A stretch of DNA of 64,000 nt from Octopus vulgaris (Eukaryota), in the NCBI GenBank assembly GCA_951406725.2, contig OX597830.1:40362001-40426000 (forward strand). The letters are read 5' to 3'. A program made the translations under genes and the position numbers. Below are positions 27,806 through 41,527 of the stretch, one piece after another; within the stretch, counting starts at the first letter, position 1, and each line of letters begins with the position of its first letter. Below the pieces are notes generated by a model. It ran no database searches. It had not been told where the DNA came from and was given only the letters and a program-made list of their open reading frames with translations.

Positions 27806-28326
27806 AAATTTACATAGTTACCGCTGAACATTCTCAAAATTTTAAATTCCCCCACAAATTTTTTATTTTTTTCAAATTTATTTTTTCAATGTATATGAAA
27901 AAATATGGAGATTAAGAAAATGGAAAAAAAATTTTTTTAATTTCAAATTTTCTATGAAAAAATCCTAAACTGTCTGAAACTGAAAATGTCAATATGCTAA
28001 GAATAACAGCCAAATGCCTGGAGAGCATTTGATTTTGTGTGCAACAATTTTAGCAGCTTATCCAAATAAACACAGAAATATGTTTTACATAAATGTTGGT
28101 TTTGTTTTTTCACATTCATGAAGTTTTCAAGGATGACACCCACTAAAATCATGAGATTTTTTAGATGGGGCCAATGCAGATTCACACCTCCCCTTCAAAA
28201 ATGCATTTTTCTGAAAAGTTTATTCCAACATGTAAAACCTAGGAATCCAAATAAAATTTTTCAGAAAAATGCATTTTTTCAAGGGGAGGTGCAAATTTGC
28301 ATTATCCACCTTGGAATTGTGCTTAT

Positions 28327-28575
28327 GTAGTTGAAGGATGGTCTGAGATGGGTAAATATAATTGGGCTGCCTCTCAAACAAATTTGTGGAATAAGAGTGG
28401 TTTATTTTTCTCTGAGGAGATAAATAAATATCTGGCCAGGTATTGATGCAAATATTTTGACCAAATACCTGGCCTTCTTGTCCACTCTTTGATATCCTTC
28501 CATAAACATTCAATGTTTTGTGTGGTTTTTTTTCTTTTCTTAGTGAAAATCGTGCAGGTATACTTTCCAAAATTT
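28327..28575 (-). mobile_element. Merlin/ISXO2-like DDE transposase C-terminal remnant
   Basis: 'TQNIECLWKDIKEWTRRPGIWSKYLHQYLARYLF...FHKFV*EAAQLY' fits the HTxxIExxW...YL motif of ISXO2/Merlin transposases. An adjacent inverted repeat lies at about 28175-28300, and related sequence in the opposite orientation at about 25880-25930. Element boundaries are uncertain. Confidence 0.62.
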
Positions 28576-29873
28576 ACCATTAATTTCTCCAAACCAACCA
28601 AAGCCTTGTTTGTAGATTTAGTAGACTGAAACTGAAAGAAATTCACTGTAAACCTTACACTTTCAGTGCACCTTCTCACTGAAAGTGTAGCTGCTAGAAT
28701 AAGAAATACATATATTACGAGTGAGATCATTGCCAGAGCAACGAGCTGGCCTTCGTGCCGATGGCATGTTAAACACACTATTCAAGCATGATCATTACCA
28801 TGTCGCCTTACTAGCACTTGTGCTGGTGGCACGTGAAACATTCGAGCAAGGTCGTCGCTAGTGCCACTGGACTGGCTCCTGTGCAGGGGGCACATAAAAA
28901 GCACCATTTGGGCATGGCCGTTGCCAGTACCACCAAACTGGCCCTCGTGCCGGTGGCACGTAAAAGCACCCACTAAAATCTCGGAGTGGTTGGCATTAAG
29001 AAGGGCATCCAGCAGTAGAAACTCTGCCAGATCAGATTGGAGTCTGGTTCACCAGACCTCAGTCAAATCGTCCAACCCATACTAGCATGGAAAGCGGACG
29101 TTTGATGATGATGATACACACACACACACACACACAGAAACATATATAATATATATATGTCCACCTGACTGACTCCCATGCCGGTGGCACATAAAAGGCG
29201 CTATCTGAACGTGATCAATGTCTGACCCGCCTGACTGGCTCCTGTACCGATGGCACATAAAAAGTACCCACTGCACTCTCGGAGTGGTTGGCATCAGGAA
29301 AAGCATCCAGCTGTACAAACATTGCTAGATCAGATTGGAGCCTGGTGAAGCCGCTGGCTCTCTAGACCTCAGTCAAACCATCCAACCCATGCCAGCATGG
29401 AAAACGGACATTAAATAACAACAATGATGATGATGATATATATCATCATTTAATGTCTATCTTCCATTCTGGTATGGCTTAAATGGTTTGAGAGGAGCTG
29501 GAAAACCAGAAGACGACATCAAAGTCCACTGTCTGCTTTGATATAGTTTCTACAGCTGGATACTCTCAGAGTGTGTGTGTGTGTGTGTGGCTGGTGGTTG
29601 CTATCCTCTTGTCTCGGCTTCACATGACAGTTGTTAACTAGTGCCCTTCTTTCTCAGTCTTTTGTGTAAACATGAGGCTTAGCTACAGGATGGTCATCTG
29701 GCTGGAGAAAAGTCTGCCCCAACAAATTTTGTCCAATCACCATGAACAAGAAAAAGTGTACATCAAAGGGGTGATGATGACAAGAGGTGTGTGTGTATGT
29801 GTGTAACAAGGAAATTTTTTTGTAAAATTGTGGTTGCTTTGCATAAAAGAAAATCATTTTGCACTTTACTTAC

Positions 29874-30004
29874 TTGAATACAGCAACAAGAGATTTCTCT
29901 GCTTCATAACCACGACTCAAATACTTCAGAACACGATTGCCAGTGAGGTAAAACAAATTGGTTTTGTTTTTCTTCCCTTTTTCAATCTTCATTAATTTTA
30001 TAAT
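29874..30004 (-). CDS. AARSD1: AARSD1 exon, 131 bp
   Basis: ttgttag|ATT ATA...TTC AA|gtaagt encodes IIKLMKIEKGKKNKTNLFYLTGNRVLKYLSRGYEAEKSLVAVF, matching AARSD1 'VIKILGTEKGKKNRTNLIFLSGNRVLK'. Phase 0-2. Confidence 0.95.
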
Positions 30005-30209
30005 CTAACAAAGAAATGATACAAAATTAGTAGATGAATCATTTTTTTTAAAATTTTAAAATCAACAACAAAGAAAAAAATTGTATTTATATGTGAAGTA
30101 GTAGTATTGTTAATAAGAGTATAAGGGCTGATGGGGGTTGATGGTGTGGGTGGTGTGAGGGTTAAGGGTATCAGGTCATCCCAAATCATACAGACCCTGT
30201 TTATTTGCT

Positions 30210-30703
30210 TATAGCTGTCCGTCAATGTTGGTGATGATGTTGCCCTCTAGGAGTCTTATGCTGCATTTTGTGAGTTGACAGATGTGAAAACACTCCGATC
30301 CTGGAATGGCATGTCCTTGAACACAGATGACAAGGGAAGTCGCCTGTTATGTTGTTGGTGAGTCTGAGATGAGGTTGATGTTTCTTTTCCTCAAGTTTCT
30401 CACGCTGGATTGGTTGAAAGTGTGCAGTTCCTTGGAAAAATAAGGTCCCTCCATGTAGAAATTCTCCAGCAAACAGGAATCTCCAGCATTGAATCCATCA
30501 TCCAAAGTCATCTTCTAAGATGGGTTGGACACATTATCAGGATGCCAGATAATTGTCTCCCAAAAATGGTCTTCTTCGGAGAGCTATCAACTGGTGTTTG
30601 TCTGCATGGGGGACCCAAGAAGAGGTCCAGGGACCATCTTAAGCTTGTCCTCAATTCCTGCAACATTCAACTCTCACAACTAGAACAGTTTGCTTGGAAT
30701 CAG
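30210..30703 (-). mobile_element. RTE-clade LINE 3' fragment with inverted 5' segment
   Basis: Minus strand 30435-30210 gives 'QGTAHF...FPCHLCSRTCHSRIGVFSHL' (RTE C-terminal zinc finger). Plus strand 30437-30703 gives 'ILQQTGISSIESII...LRWVGHIIRMPDNCLPKMVFFGEL...LEQFAWN', the immediately upstream part of the ORF. Confidence 0.78.
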
Positions 30704-31625
30704 TATATAGACCCATGTTCAAGGTCATTGCAACCATACTCATCCAATCCTTTTACTTCCCAACCATGCAGTCCTGAGTTCAGTTGCACTACATGGCACC
30801 TTGGGAGTGGATTTTGGTATATGGAAACTGAAAGAAGCCCATCATAAATGTATATGTGTGTGTGTGTCTGTGTGTATGCATTACTGTCTTCTTGTCTCAG
30901 CTTCATGTAATAGTTGTTAATGAAAATTACCAACATGCAAGCAAGGTCCTTCATTCCCAATCTTCCATGAAAACATGTCTGGCCACAGGGAATATTACTT
31001 TACTTGGAAACAGATGAGGGTTAGCAACAGGAAGGGCATCTGGCTGTAGAAAAATCTATCTCAGTAAGTTCTGTCTGATCCCAGTGAAGAACCCCTTCAG
31101 TCATGATTGACCATGGGATTGCACTTAGAAAGTTTCCCTCTGAGACCCAAGACCAGGCTGAGTGAACTTGAACAATGTGAAATAAAGTGTCTTACTCAAG
31201 AACACTACACAATGATTGGTCCAGGAATTGAACTCTCAACCTCACAATTGTAAGCCTGACACTCTAACTACTGAGCCATGTGCCTTCACATATCCAACCA
31301 ATATCAAAATGATAATGATGATATAGAATGAACTTCTTTCAGTTTCCATCTGCCCAATCCACTCACAAGGCTTTCATCAGCCTGGGGCTACAGTAGAAGA
31401 TAGTTGCCCAAGGTGCCATGCGGTGGGACCGAACTCAAAAACATGTGGTCCAGAAGCAAACTTCTCAGCTACACGCCATGCTTGTATCTTTACTCTATAT
31501 TAAATCACCCAGATATCAATTTCAAGATAAACACACGTGTATGTGAGTGTGTGAGAGAGAGAGAGAGAGAGAGGGGGGGAGGAAGGAAGGAAGGAAGGAA
31601 GGATGGATGGATGGACGGATGGACT

Positions 31626-31677
<52 letters not shown>

Positions 31678-31955
31678 TGGTATTACAGTATTTTCTAATT
31701 TTCTATCGGATTGGCATTTGTCTGTATGGTAAAGTTTCCAAATAATTCTGTCTGCAATGGTAAGATTATTACAAGCAGATTATTACACCTGACACTGACA
31801 TAAACAAAATGAAAAGCTAGTTTGCCAATCACTTAAAAATCTAAATACAAAATAATCCAAAGAAGTAGTCTCTATGTGATTGTCCACATTCCTAGAAAAA
31901 GCTGAGAATTTTCCTTCAAATCATATCTTACTGTTTTGGAAAAGAAAGAACAATT

Positions 31956-32479
31956 TACCATAAATGCTCGAGTATAATCCGCATTTTTTCCCAAAAATTT
32001 AAAGGTCAAAATCCCTAGTGCATACTATATACAAGGTTAAAAATGAAAAATATTTTCTGAGCAATGTCCGAGTCTCTATTTGCTGTCTGGCAATGTTTAT
32101 TCAGAGCATTTTGTGATGTCGGGCGCGAAATACCTTAAGCTAAGCCTGAATGCAATGAAGTCTTAAAAGAATCATCCATAACTTGCAGTAACCAACATTT
32201 ATTAAAATAAAAGTATTCAGAACACAGAATAACATGTAACAAAAACAATTTGCAAACATATTTACATTCCCATATAACAGTTAAGAACATCACCATTATT
32301 GTATTACGCATGTGTGGAAGTGTTTGTTCAACTAGGTGCTGCTGGCTTAATTACACACAACTCAAGTTAGAGAAGGGGTGTGTATTATACACATGGTTTA
32401 GGTTTTTCAGAAGTACAGCCCCCTAAAAATCCCCTGCGTATTATACTCAAAGGCAGACTATACTCGAAGATTTATGGTA
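31956..32479. mobile_element. pogo/Tc1-like MITE, TA-flanked
   Basis: Left TA|ccataaatgctcgagtataatccgc versus the reverse complement of the right end, TA|ccataaatcttcgagtatagtctgc. No ORF. Confidence 0.8.
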
Positions 32480-32793
32480 GGTCATTTCAGAGTCGTACTT
32501 GTCTGTCAAGTGGTCAAAGACCATGTGGTGAAACTAAAACAATTATAGCATAAGAGGCATTTATTAGCCATTCCAGAACACACAGAAACCATTAATTTTT
32601 GCTTAGTCATTTATTATTTGGTGTCAAAATTTTTGTAGCACTATTTGCAACCTCGTCACTAAAAATTAGATAACAATCTTAGAAACAAAGCAGCAAGCTG
32701 GCGGAATCGTTGGTACATCAAGCAAAATGGTTGGAGGGGTTTCTTCTGGCTTTTTACATTCTGAATTCAAATCCAGTTAAGATCAACTTTGCC

Positions 32794-35700
32794 TGTTGTA
32801 GTAAGAGTACAACACCCTCTGACGAGAATAGATGGCACCACTAAATAGTCTAACAGAGTCAGCAGTTTGTAGTTTGGTCTTCGAAGTCCAAGTACAGTTT
32901 ACAGTTTGAGTTAGTATGTTGGAAATATTGATTGTTGGTTCGTAAAAGATTGTTGGTTTGTTACATGTTTGTTACTGCTGCTGTTTCTATTTTGTATTGT
33001 TATAACACTGTTGCAGTGTATTCTTTATCTATCATTGACAATATCAACTGTCAATGAGGCATAAGGATATAACATCTGGTGACAAGGAATTTTTAAAGCT
33101 CACATAAATTATTTGATAATTTGCGCATTATACAAATTGTTAAATTATGGAACCTATTAGCTGCCATAATACAGCTTCAAGAGAAGCAACAGGAACAACT
33201 ACAAGAGTTGCAGAAGCAAATATTACAATAATAGAAACAACAGTTAATTGAATTACAGTTAAGGAATTCTGAATCGGTAAGTTCGTTTATGCTAGACATA
33301 GTGGCAAACTCAGTTTCTGAATTCACTTATAATCCAGAGGAGGGTATTATGTTTCATGTGTACTATAGAAGGTACGAGGAACATTTTAACAAAGATTGCA
33401 AGTCATGGTTGGATGATGAGAAAGTGAGGTTATTACTCTGAAAGGTAGCTCTGGCCAAGCATGAATGCTACTGTAACTTTATATTGCCCCAAAAGTCAAG
33501 TGAGATTGGTTTCCAAGAAACTATTGAATTACTCTCAAAGAACTTTTGTGGCAAAATTTCGTTATTTAACACTCGGAGTGTTGGAACTTAACAAAAAATG
33601 ACAATGATGATTTTTATTAAATATGCCAGAGTAGTCAATTATATGTGTGAAAACTTTAAACTGTAGGAACTCACTCAGGATATGTTTAAATCCCTTATCT
33701 TCTTCCAAGGCCTTACAGTAACTGAAGATAGAGAAATTCAGGCAAGGATTCTCTCAAAAATGGAGCAAACTAACCAAGACTTAACCCTGAATACCATTGC
33801 AGAAGAATGTCAAACAATGGTAAACCTGAAGCACAACATGATAAAAGTTCAAGAGAAAGGTTCCAAGAAAGTACAACCAAAAAAGAGCGTCAGGCCCCAA
33901 TCCATGTTACGGATGAGGAGGCCTACACTTCAGAAAAACGTGTCTGTTTAAAAACCAAAAATGCTATAGTTGTCTGAAATTTGGTCATAAGGGCTCACAG
34001 TGCAGGACAAGACTACAAGGGTCAAACACAAAAAGTTCTAAGGATCTAAAGTTTCAGCAGAAAGTGAATGCAACACAAAATCAAGAAAATTCATACACAT
34101 AAAAATAAATTATGTAAATATTAAACTGCAGTTGGATACGGGTAGTGATGTTTCAATCATAAATGTGGATACATGGAGAAGAATCAAGAAACCAAGGTTA
34201 CGTAAAACAGCGAAAATTGTGCGTGGCATGACAGGCGATAAATTACATTTCATGGGGGAAATGTGTACAGATGTCACATTTTGAGGAGAATCACGCAAAG
34301 CAAAAATATTCATTGTGGAGAATACAATCTATTTGTTTGGTACAGATTGGTTAGAGTTATTTGACTTATGGCACCTCCCCATAAGTCTCTATTGCGAAAA
34401 CATAAATGGTTAAAAATAAATTGTTTGAGGAATTGAAGAGAAAATTGAAAAAGATGTTTCCTCAAGTATTATCAGAGGACTTAGATCTGTGTAAAAAGGA
34501 CTGAAGTCTGCTTTCAAGTAAGTGAGAATACTGTGGCTGTATTTAAATCTAACAGAACCATCAACATGATTGATTGATTGATTCTAGTTTCAGCTTATGA
34601 GCTGTGGCCATAATGGTGGTTTACTCTAAGTGGGTGGCACCCATGGTGTACATTAAAAAGAAAAAGAATAAGATTAGATTGTGTGCTGATTTCTCTACAG
34701 GACTGAATGACTGTTTAAAGACATGCCACCATCCCTTCACAAATTCAGAGGACATTTTTACAAAATTAAATGATGAAAATATTTTCTCCAAATTGCATGT
34801 CTAATGCATATTTACAGATTAAAGTAAATGACAAGTGCTCAAAGTATCTGACAATAAATACACATAGAAGATTGTACAGATATACCCGGTTACCTTCTGG
34901 ATTAAAGGTTGCACTGGCAATATTTCAGCAAATCATGGATGCTATGTTATCTGATTGTGAATTTGTAATCCCTTATTTGAATGATATATTGATTAAGAGT
35001 AATTCGTGTGAACAGCATGTGGAGCATATAAAAGCTATGTAAAGGAAATTAAAGATTACAGGTTCACTTTGAGTGAAGAAAAATGCAAATTCTTTTGCAT
35101 CAAATGAAGTACTTAGGGCAAATCTCTCTATATATAAAGCTGAAGTTGTCTGTGTATGGCAGGTTTGGTAGCCTTCAACTAACACTATCTCCTCCGAGAC
35201 CCTGCGGCGCAAGTTGACCAAAATTGAGAGTATGATAGAAGAAGGTTTGCTCTTCCTTCCGTAGAAGAAAAAATTCAAATCGGACCATGTTAACACCAAA
35301 AATTATTTACATCAAAAAGGTGCTTTTTTTTTTCTATGAAAATCCCAATTTTTTATGATTTTTTGACTGCTGTGTCGTCATTTTTCGGTGTATTTCAACC
35401 AGAAAAATGTTCACTGAAAGAGAATAACAAGCTACATAATGCAAAATTGTTACTTTTCAAAAATTCCAATTCTAAAGGGTCGAAAAGAAAACAAGCCCAA
35501 GCAATGCTGGGCTATACTGCTAGTAATTGATAAAAATGATAAACAGCCTGACCTTTCGAGGGCAGGTGCAATAAAGAATATGCCAACTCTGATAAATATA
35601 CCAGTATTACAAGCATTTCTTGGGCTGGCAAACTACTACCAAAACTACATTCCTAATATGCACAAATTAAGAATTCCATTGAATGACTTATTAAAAAAGA

Positions 35701-37822
35701 AAGTAAAGTGGAATTGGTTGGTTAAATGCCAAAACATATTTGAAGAAATGGAAAAAAATTCTAATCACAGATTTGTCTGTTGTGCATTTCGATCCTGAAA
35801 TGGACATTGTTGTAGCATTTGATGCTTCAGAATACAGAATAGGAGCAGTTTTGCAACACAGGTATAAAGATGGAAGTACAAAATTAGTGATTCATGTTTC
35901 ACACTCACTGACACTGGCAGAGAAAAACTACAGTTTGATTGAAAAAGAAGCCCTATCAATTATCTTTGCTGTGAAAAAATTTAACAGGTTTCTTCATAGT
36001 TGAAGTTTTCTGTTATAAACAGATCATTAACCGTTGCAATCAATTTACAGGTCAAAGAAAGGGTTACTTACCCATACAGTGAACCAACTGCAACATTGAG
36101 GTGTAATATTACTAAATTACAATTTCAAAATGCAGTATATTCCATAAAAAAAATTGGTTATGCAGACTGTCTATTGAGATTAATTCCCCAAAATAGGGAA
36201 TCATTAGAAGATACCATGAGAGTCACACAGCAGGCAGAAAATGAAATAAAAAAAGTATCTTCACTAATGTTCTTCAAGAACTGCCAGTGACTGCACAGGA
36301 TATAAGAATGAAATCTGTAGGCGATGAGTATATTACAAAAATGAAAGAAGCTTTAAAAAATAAGCAGAATAAAAGTACACATTTGATTAGTTTCTCAATA
36401 TGCGACAATATTCTGATGTATGCACAAAGGGTGGTAATACCGACTGCATTACAAAAATGTGTATTGCAGCAGTTCCACAGCAGACACCTGGGAATGTTGA
36501 GGATGGAAGTTCTGATGAGAAACTATATCTATTGGCTGACTATGGGCAGGGATATCAAAAATTTGGTGAGAACTTGACAAAGTTGTGAGCTCACAGCCGA
36601 AGCCCCACCAGTAAAATATCAGTTGCGGCTGAAGACTGAGGACCCATGGTCTAGGTTACATATCGACTTTGCTGGACTGGTGAACAGTGCTTACTATCTA
36701 ATTGTGGTAGACAGCTGTACAATGTGGCCAGAGCTATGCACATACAATAAACCAACCGCTAAGACAACTATAAAGTTCCTATATGAAGTGTTTGCATGAT
36801 CCAGTGTTCCAGACACATTAGTTTCTGATAATGGAACACAATTCTCAGGCTATGAATTCAAGAACTTCTGAAAAATGCATGCAATAAAGCATATTTTCAC
36901 TCCACCCTACCATCCAAGGTCAAATGGGAAGGTAGAAAGATTTGTGAACACATTCAAAAGAGCATTAAGAAAAGTTTGGAATGAATTAAGTAATGACGAA
37001 GCACTAACAAAATTCTTAAGGGTATATAGAGTAACCCCCAATCCAAGTACAAATTCAGCAAAGTCACCCACAGAGTTGATGTTCACAAGAAGAATGAAAT
37101 CGATTTTTGATAAGTTATTGCCAGAGAAAAAAAGGTGTAAAGGAAATTCAAAAGATGCAATGAAATATTTTGAAGTAGGAGATAAAGTGCATTTTAAGAC
37201 CTACAGAAATGGTAAAGAAGGCTGGGAGGATGGCCTTATAACCAAAGAAATAGGAAGTACGATGTATCTAATTAAAGGACCATGCTAGGAACATAGGAGA
37301 CACATAAATCAGCTAAAGAAGAGGCATACTGAAGAACGGAGAGAAATTCCTATGGAAATATTTTTTGATATATTCGATGTCCCAGCACCGAAAGTAATTG
37401 AATCTAGTAGAACCAGCATGAGAAAACAGAAGCAGATCAAACACCTTGAGATACAGCCCAAGTGAAAAAGATACTAAAAAATAATAGCGGTAAATAAAAT
37501 TTCTTTATTCCTTTGGTACTCAAAATCACAAAAGGGAAGACGTTGTGGTGAAAGTACAACACCCTCTGACGAGAATAGACGGAACTACTACATATAAATA
37601 GTAGTAGTTTGATGTAGTCGGCAGTTCATAGTTTGGTCTTTGAAATCCAGGTACAGTTTACAGTTCAAATTAGTATGTTGGAAAAACTGATTGTTGGTTT
37701 GTTACGTATTTGTTTCTGCTGCTGTTTCTATTTTGTATCGTTATAACACTGTTGCAGTGTATTCGTGATCTATCATGGATAATATCAACCGTACTACGAT
37801 ATGGAGGTGTAAGGATATAACA
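32794..37822 (+). mobile_element. Decayed Gypsy (Mag-like) LTR retrotransposon with both LTRs
   Basis: 5' LTR 32794-33074 (TGTTG...AACA) and 3' LTR 37541-37822. PBS tggtgacaagga at 33077 resembles TGGCGACGAGGA (tRNA-Ser). PPT aaaagggaaga at 37530-37540. Domains: gag CCHC knuckles at about 33900-34003, protease LDTGS, RT (IRLCADF, YLNDILI), RNase H (DASEY, YSLIEKEAL) and integrase (LHIDFAG, SDNGTQF, YHPRSNGKVER). Many stops and frameshifts. It interrupts a SINE (gatcaactttgcc|...|ccttttatc...gataaaagaaagtaccag). Confidence 0.95.
35123..35523 (+). mobile_element. Non-autonomous Helitron (401 bp) inserted in the Gypsy pol region
   Basis: 5' end TCTCTCTATATATAAAG; 3' hairpin gcccaagcaatgctgggc (35495-35512) followed by CTAG. 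Inserted between A and T with no TSD; removal restores the pol frame YLGQ|IIDKN. Confidence 0.9.
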
Positions 37823-38649
37823 ACCTTTTATCGCCTCAGGATTGATAAAAGAAAGTACCAGTCATATACTAGGGTCAATGTAATCAACTTGCACCCTTCT
37901 CAAAATTGCTGGCTTTGGGCCCTGCAATCGACCATCATCCCATTCAGGAGGAATGCTGTAATCACAGTTACTTACAAGCCATGGAAGCTGGATAATTTGC
38001 CTTCTGAGTCCTGGTTGTGTGGTGAGAAGTTTGCTTCTCAACCACATGGTTCTGGGTTCAGTCCCAGTGAGTGGAGCTCTGAGCATGTGTCTTTTACTAT
38101 AGCCATCGGCTGACCAAAGCCTTGTGAGTGGATTTAAATGATTTACAAAGAATAAGTCTTGGGGTCAATTTGCTCAACTAAAGGCGGTGCTCCAACATGG
38201 CCACAGTCAAATGACTGAAACAAGTAAATGAGAGTAAAAGAGTATACATTATACCTAGGGGAAAAAAAATGATGTGATGGTCACTGTTGGGATGCCTTTA
38301 ATCATAGATCTATGTATTCTATTGGTCCCTGGAAGCAAGAAAGTTGATTTCAACAAGACTTGAACTCAAAACATTTTAATCCATCAAGCTTTAGTTTTTG
38401 TTATTTCAATAATGCTTTGATATTCGTTTGGCATAACAAAAATATCACTTAAGTTGTTTGTTGGTTGTTGTTTTTTTTTAAATTATAATTTTTTAAATAA
38501 GATTAAAAGATCAGAAACTAAAAATTAAACTAACCTTGACAAAAACAAAATTATTATTTTTAATAGAAAAAATGAAAAATGAAACGTATGAAAAAAAAGA
38601 AAGAAAAAGAAACGTTTCCATGTATTTAGAGAGGTTATCAGCTAGACTT

Positions 38650-39380
<731 letters not shown>

Positions 39381-41062
39381 CATGAGAGACAAGAGAAAGA
39401 GGGGGGGAATATCTAAGCTCCACAGAAAATTCTTATGGAAAACTGCAGGTGAGTACAAGTTTAACAAACATTTTCGGCAAGGGGGGAGGGAGGGACTTTT
39501 TCTTCTGTTTTTTTTTGTTTTCTTCATCTACTTTATTTAAAAAACAAAAAGACAAAAAAAAAACAAAAACAAAAAAAACAAAATAAAATGAAAAAAAATA
39601 AACCTATTCAAAGTTAGTATGATTGAGATAGTGATTGCTTTAGATTTTACCGATGTCTGCACACAGAAGAAGAAGCAAAGCACATTAAACATGATTTTAG
39701 ACCATAAATCTATTTACATCTCTGAAATCTATTTGCATCTATATAATAAGTTATACAGTTTTTACTTTTAGATCCAAATTGTATTTTTGTTGTTGTTGTT
39801 GTTGTTGTTACCTTTTTTTTTTTTTCAGTGTGTGTGAGTTGGTGTAGTAGTTTATAATGCATTATTTTTACGATACATATATATACTTACATACGTATGT
39901 ATGCATGTATGTATCTACCTACATATGTATATATGAATGTATATGTATATTCCTCTTATTTATATGTCAGACTATGGCAGCTTTAATATTTGTGAAAATT
40001 CACACTTGATCTTTTATAAAACATAAGCATCGGTATATTTTTGTCTTTTACTTGTTTTTCTCTCCTAAACATAGCAGGAATTTTTCCATTTCTTTCTCTC
40101 TTTTTTTTTTTATTCTATTTTCCATTCAAAAAATCAAAATTACTCTCCTATATCAAATTTTCCATCAACGTTTTTATATTAGTTGAAATTTTTTTTTCCT
40201 TTTTTCCCCCCGCCTGTTTTAGATTTGTACATCAAAAATTATTCGAACTTAACATTATAAATATAAATAATAAAAATACTGGTTTAAAAAAAAAAATTCT
40301 GAAGTTTTATTTCTAAAATACCAAATCAAAACTCCACTGCTAATCACTTTAACTTATGAAAAATTACATGATAATGGTATCCAACCATAGTTGAAACTTT
40401 GATTCTGTATATAACTCGACGCTCAATGTTCAGTGTTTGTAAGTTCCGGTGATTTATTTTATATATTTGTATATATATATATATAAATGGCATTTAAACA
40501 GTTTTGAGTTGGTGATAGTAGTAGTAGTAATATAAACGAAGGTAATAACAATGGCTTCTGATCCAAGCACAAGTCCAGATCAGAGCCATTAGGGGGTTTG
40601 GTTGGTTACAGAGAATCCAGTACCTCACAGGGATTTTATTTCATTTTATTGAGCTCAGATACAAACACAAAGACACATACATCTACATACATTACATACG
40701 CGATGGGATTCCACACAGTTTCCATCAACCAAATTAACTCAAAAGACATAGGTCAGCCCAGAGTTATAGTAGAAGACATTTGCCCAATGTGCTTTACAGT
40801 GGAACTAAACACCAAACAGATTATTATTAAAGCAGTGAGCTGGCAGAATCATTACCATGCTGGGAAAAATGCTTAGTGGAATTTTACCCATCTTTACATT
40901 CTGAGTTCAAATTCTACCAAGATCAACTTTGCCATTCATTGTTTTGGGGTCGATAAAATAAGTACCAGTTGAGTACTAGGGTTCATGTCATTGACTTACC
41001 CCTCACACAAAATTGCTGGCCTTGTGCCAAAATTTGAAATCATCGTTATTATTATTGTTATT

Positions 41063-41457
41063 GCTTTTGCACAGCTTCTAATGCTGGAGATGTACTACAG
41101 TGTCAGTTTTCACTACCAGTGAACTAAGGTGGGTAACACCTCTTATTTTTCGAGCACCTTCCGGAGTATTTGAGTGGTTCCAAGCAGTGCTGTTTTCTAC
41201 AAGTGCTCCACCCTTGTTGCAGCCCCTATTTGTTCCATGTACTTCTCAAGATTTTTACTCACTGTTCCCAGGGCTCCAACAATTATTGGTACTACTACCA
41301 CCTTTTTCATCGACCACAACTGCTTAACCTCCCAAGCTAAACTGTCATATCTCTCGACTTTTCTTTCTTCCTTATCACATATCTATGATCCAGCATAGTT
41401 TATTTTCTTTCTCAATTAAGACTATGTCTGGCTTCCTATTCTCTATCACATGGTTGC
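41063..41457 (-). mobile_element. R4/Dong-like LINE 3' fragment (restriction-like endonuclease region) in a (TAA)n tract
   Basis: Minus strand gives 'PDIVLIEKENK...EKVERYDSLAWEVKQLWSMKKVVVVPIIVGALGTVSKNLEKYMEQIG...KTALLGTTQILRKVL'. Flanked by att/taa microsatellite. Confidence 0.72.
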
Positions 41458-41487
41458 ACTTATTATTATCATTATCATTACCATTAC

Positions 41488-41527
<40 letters not shown>

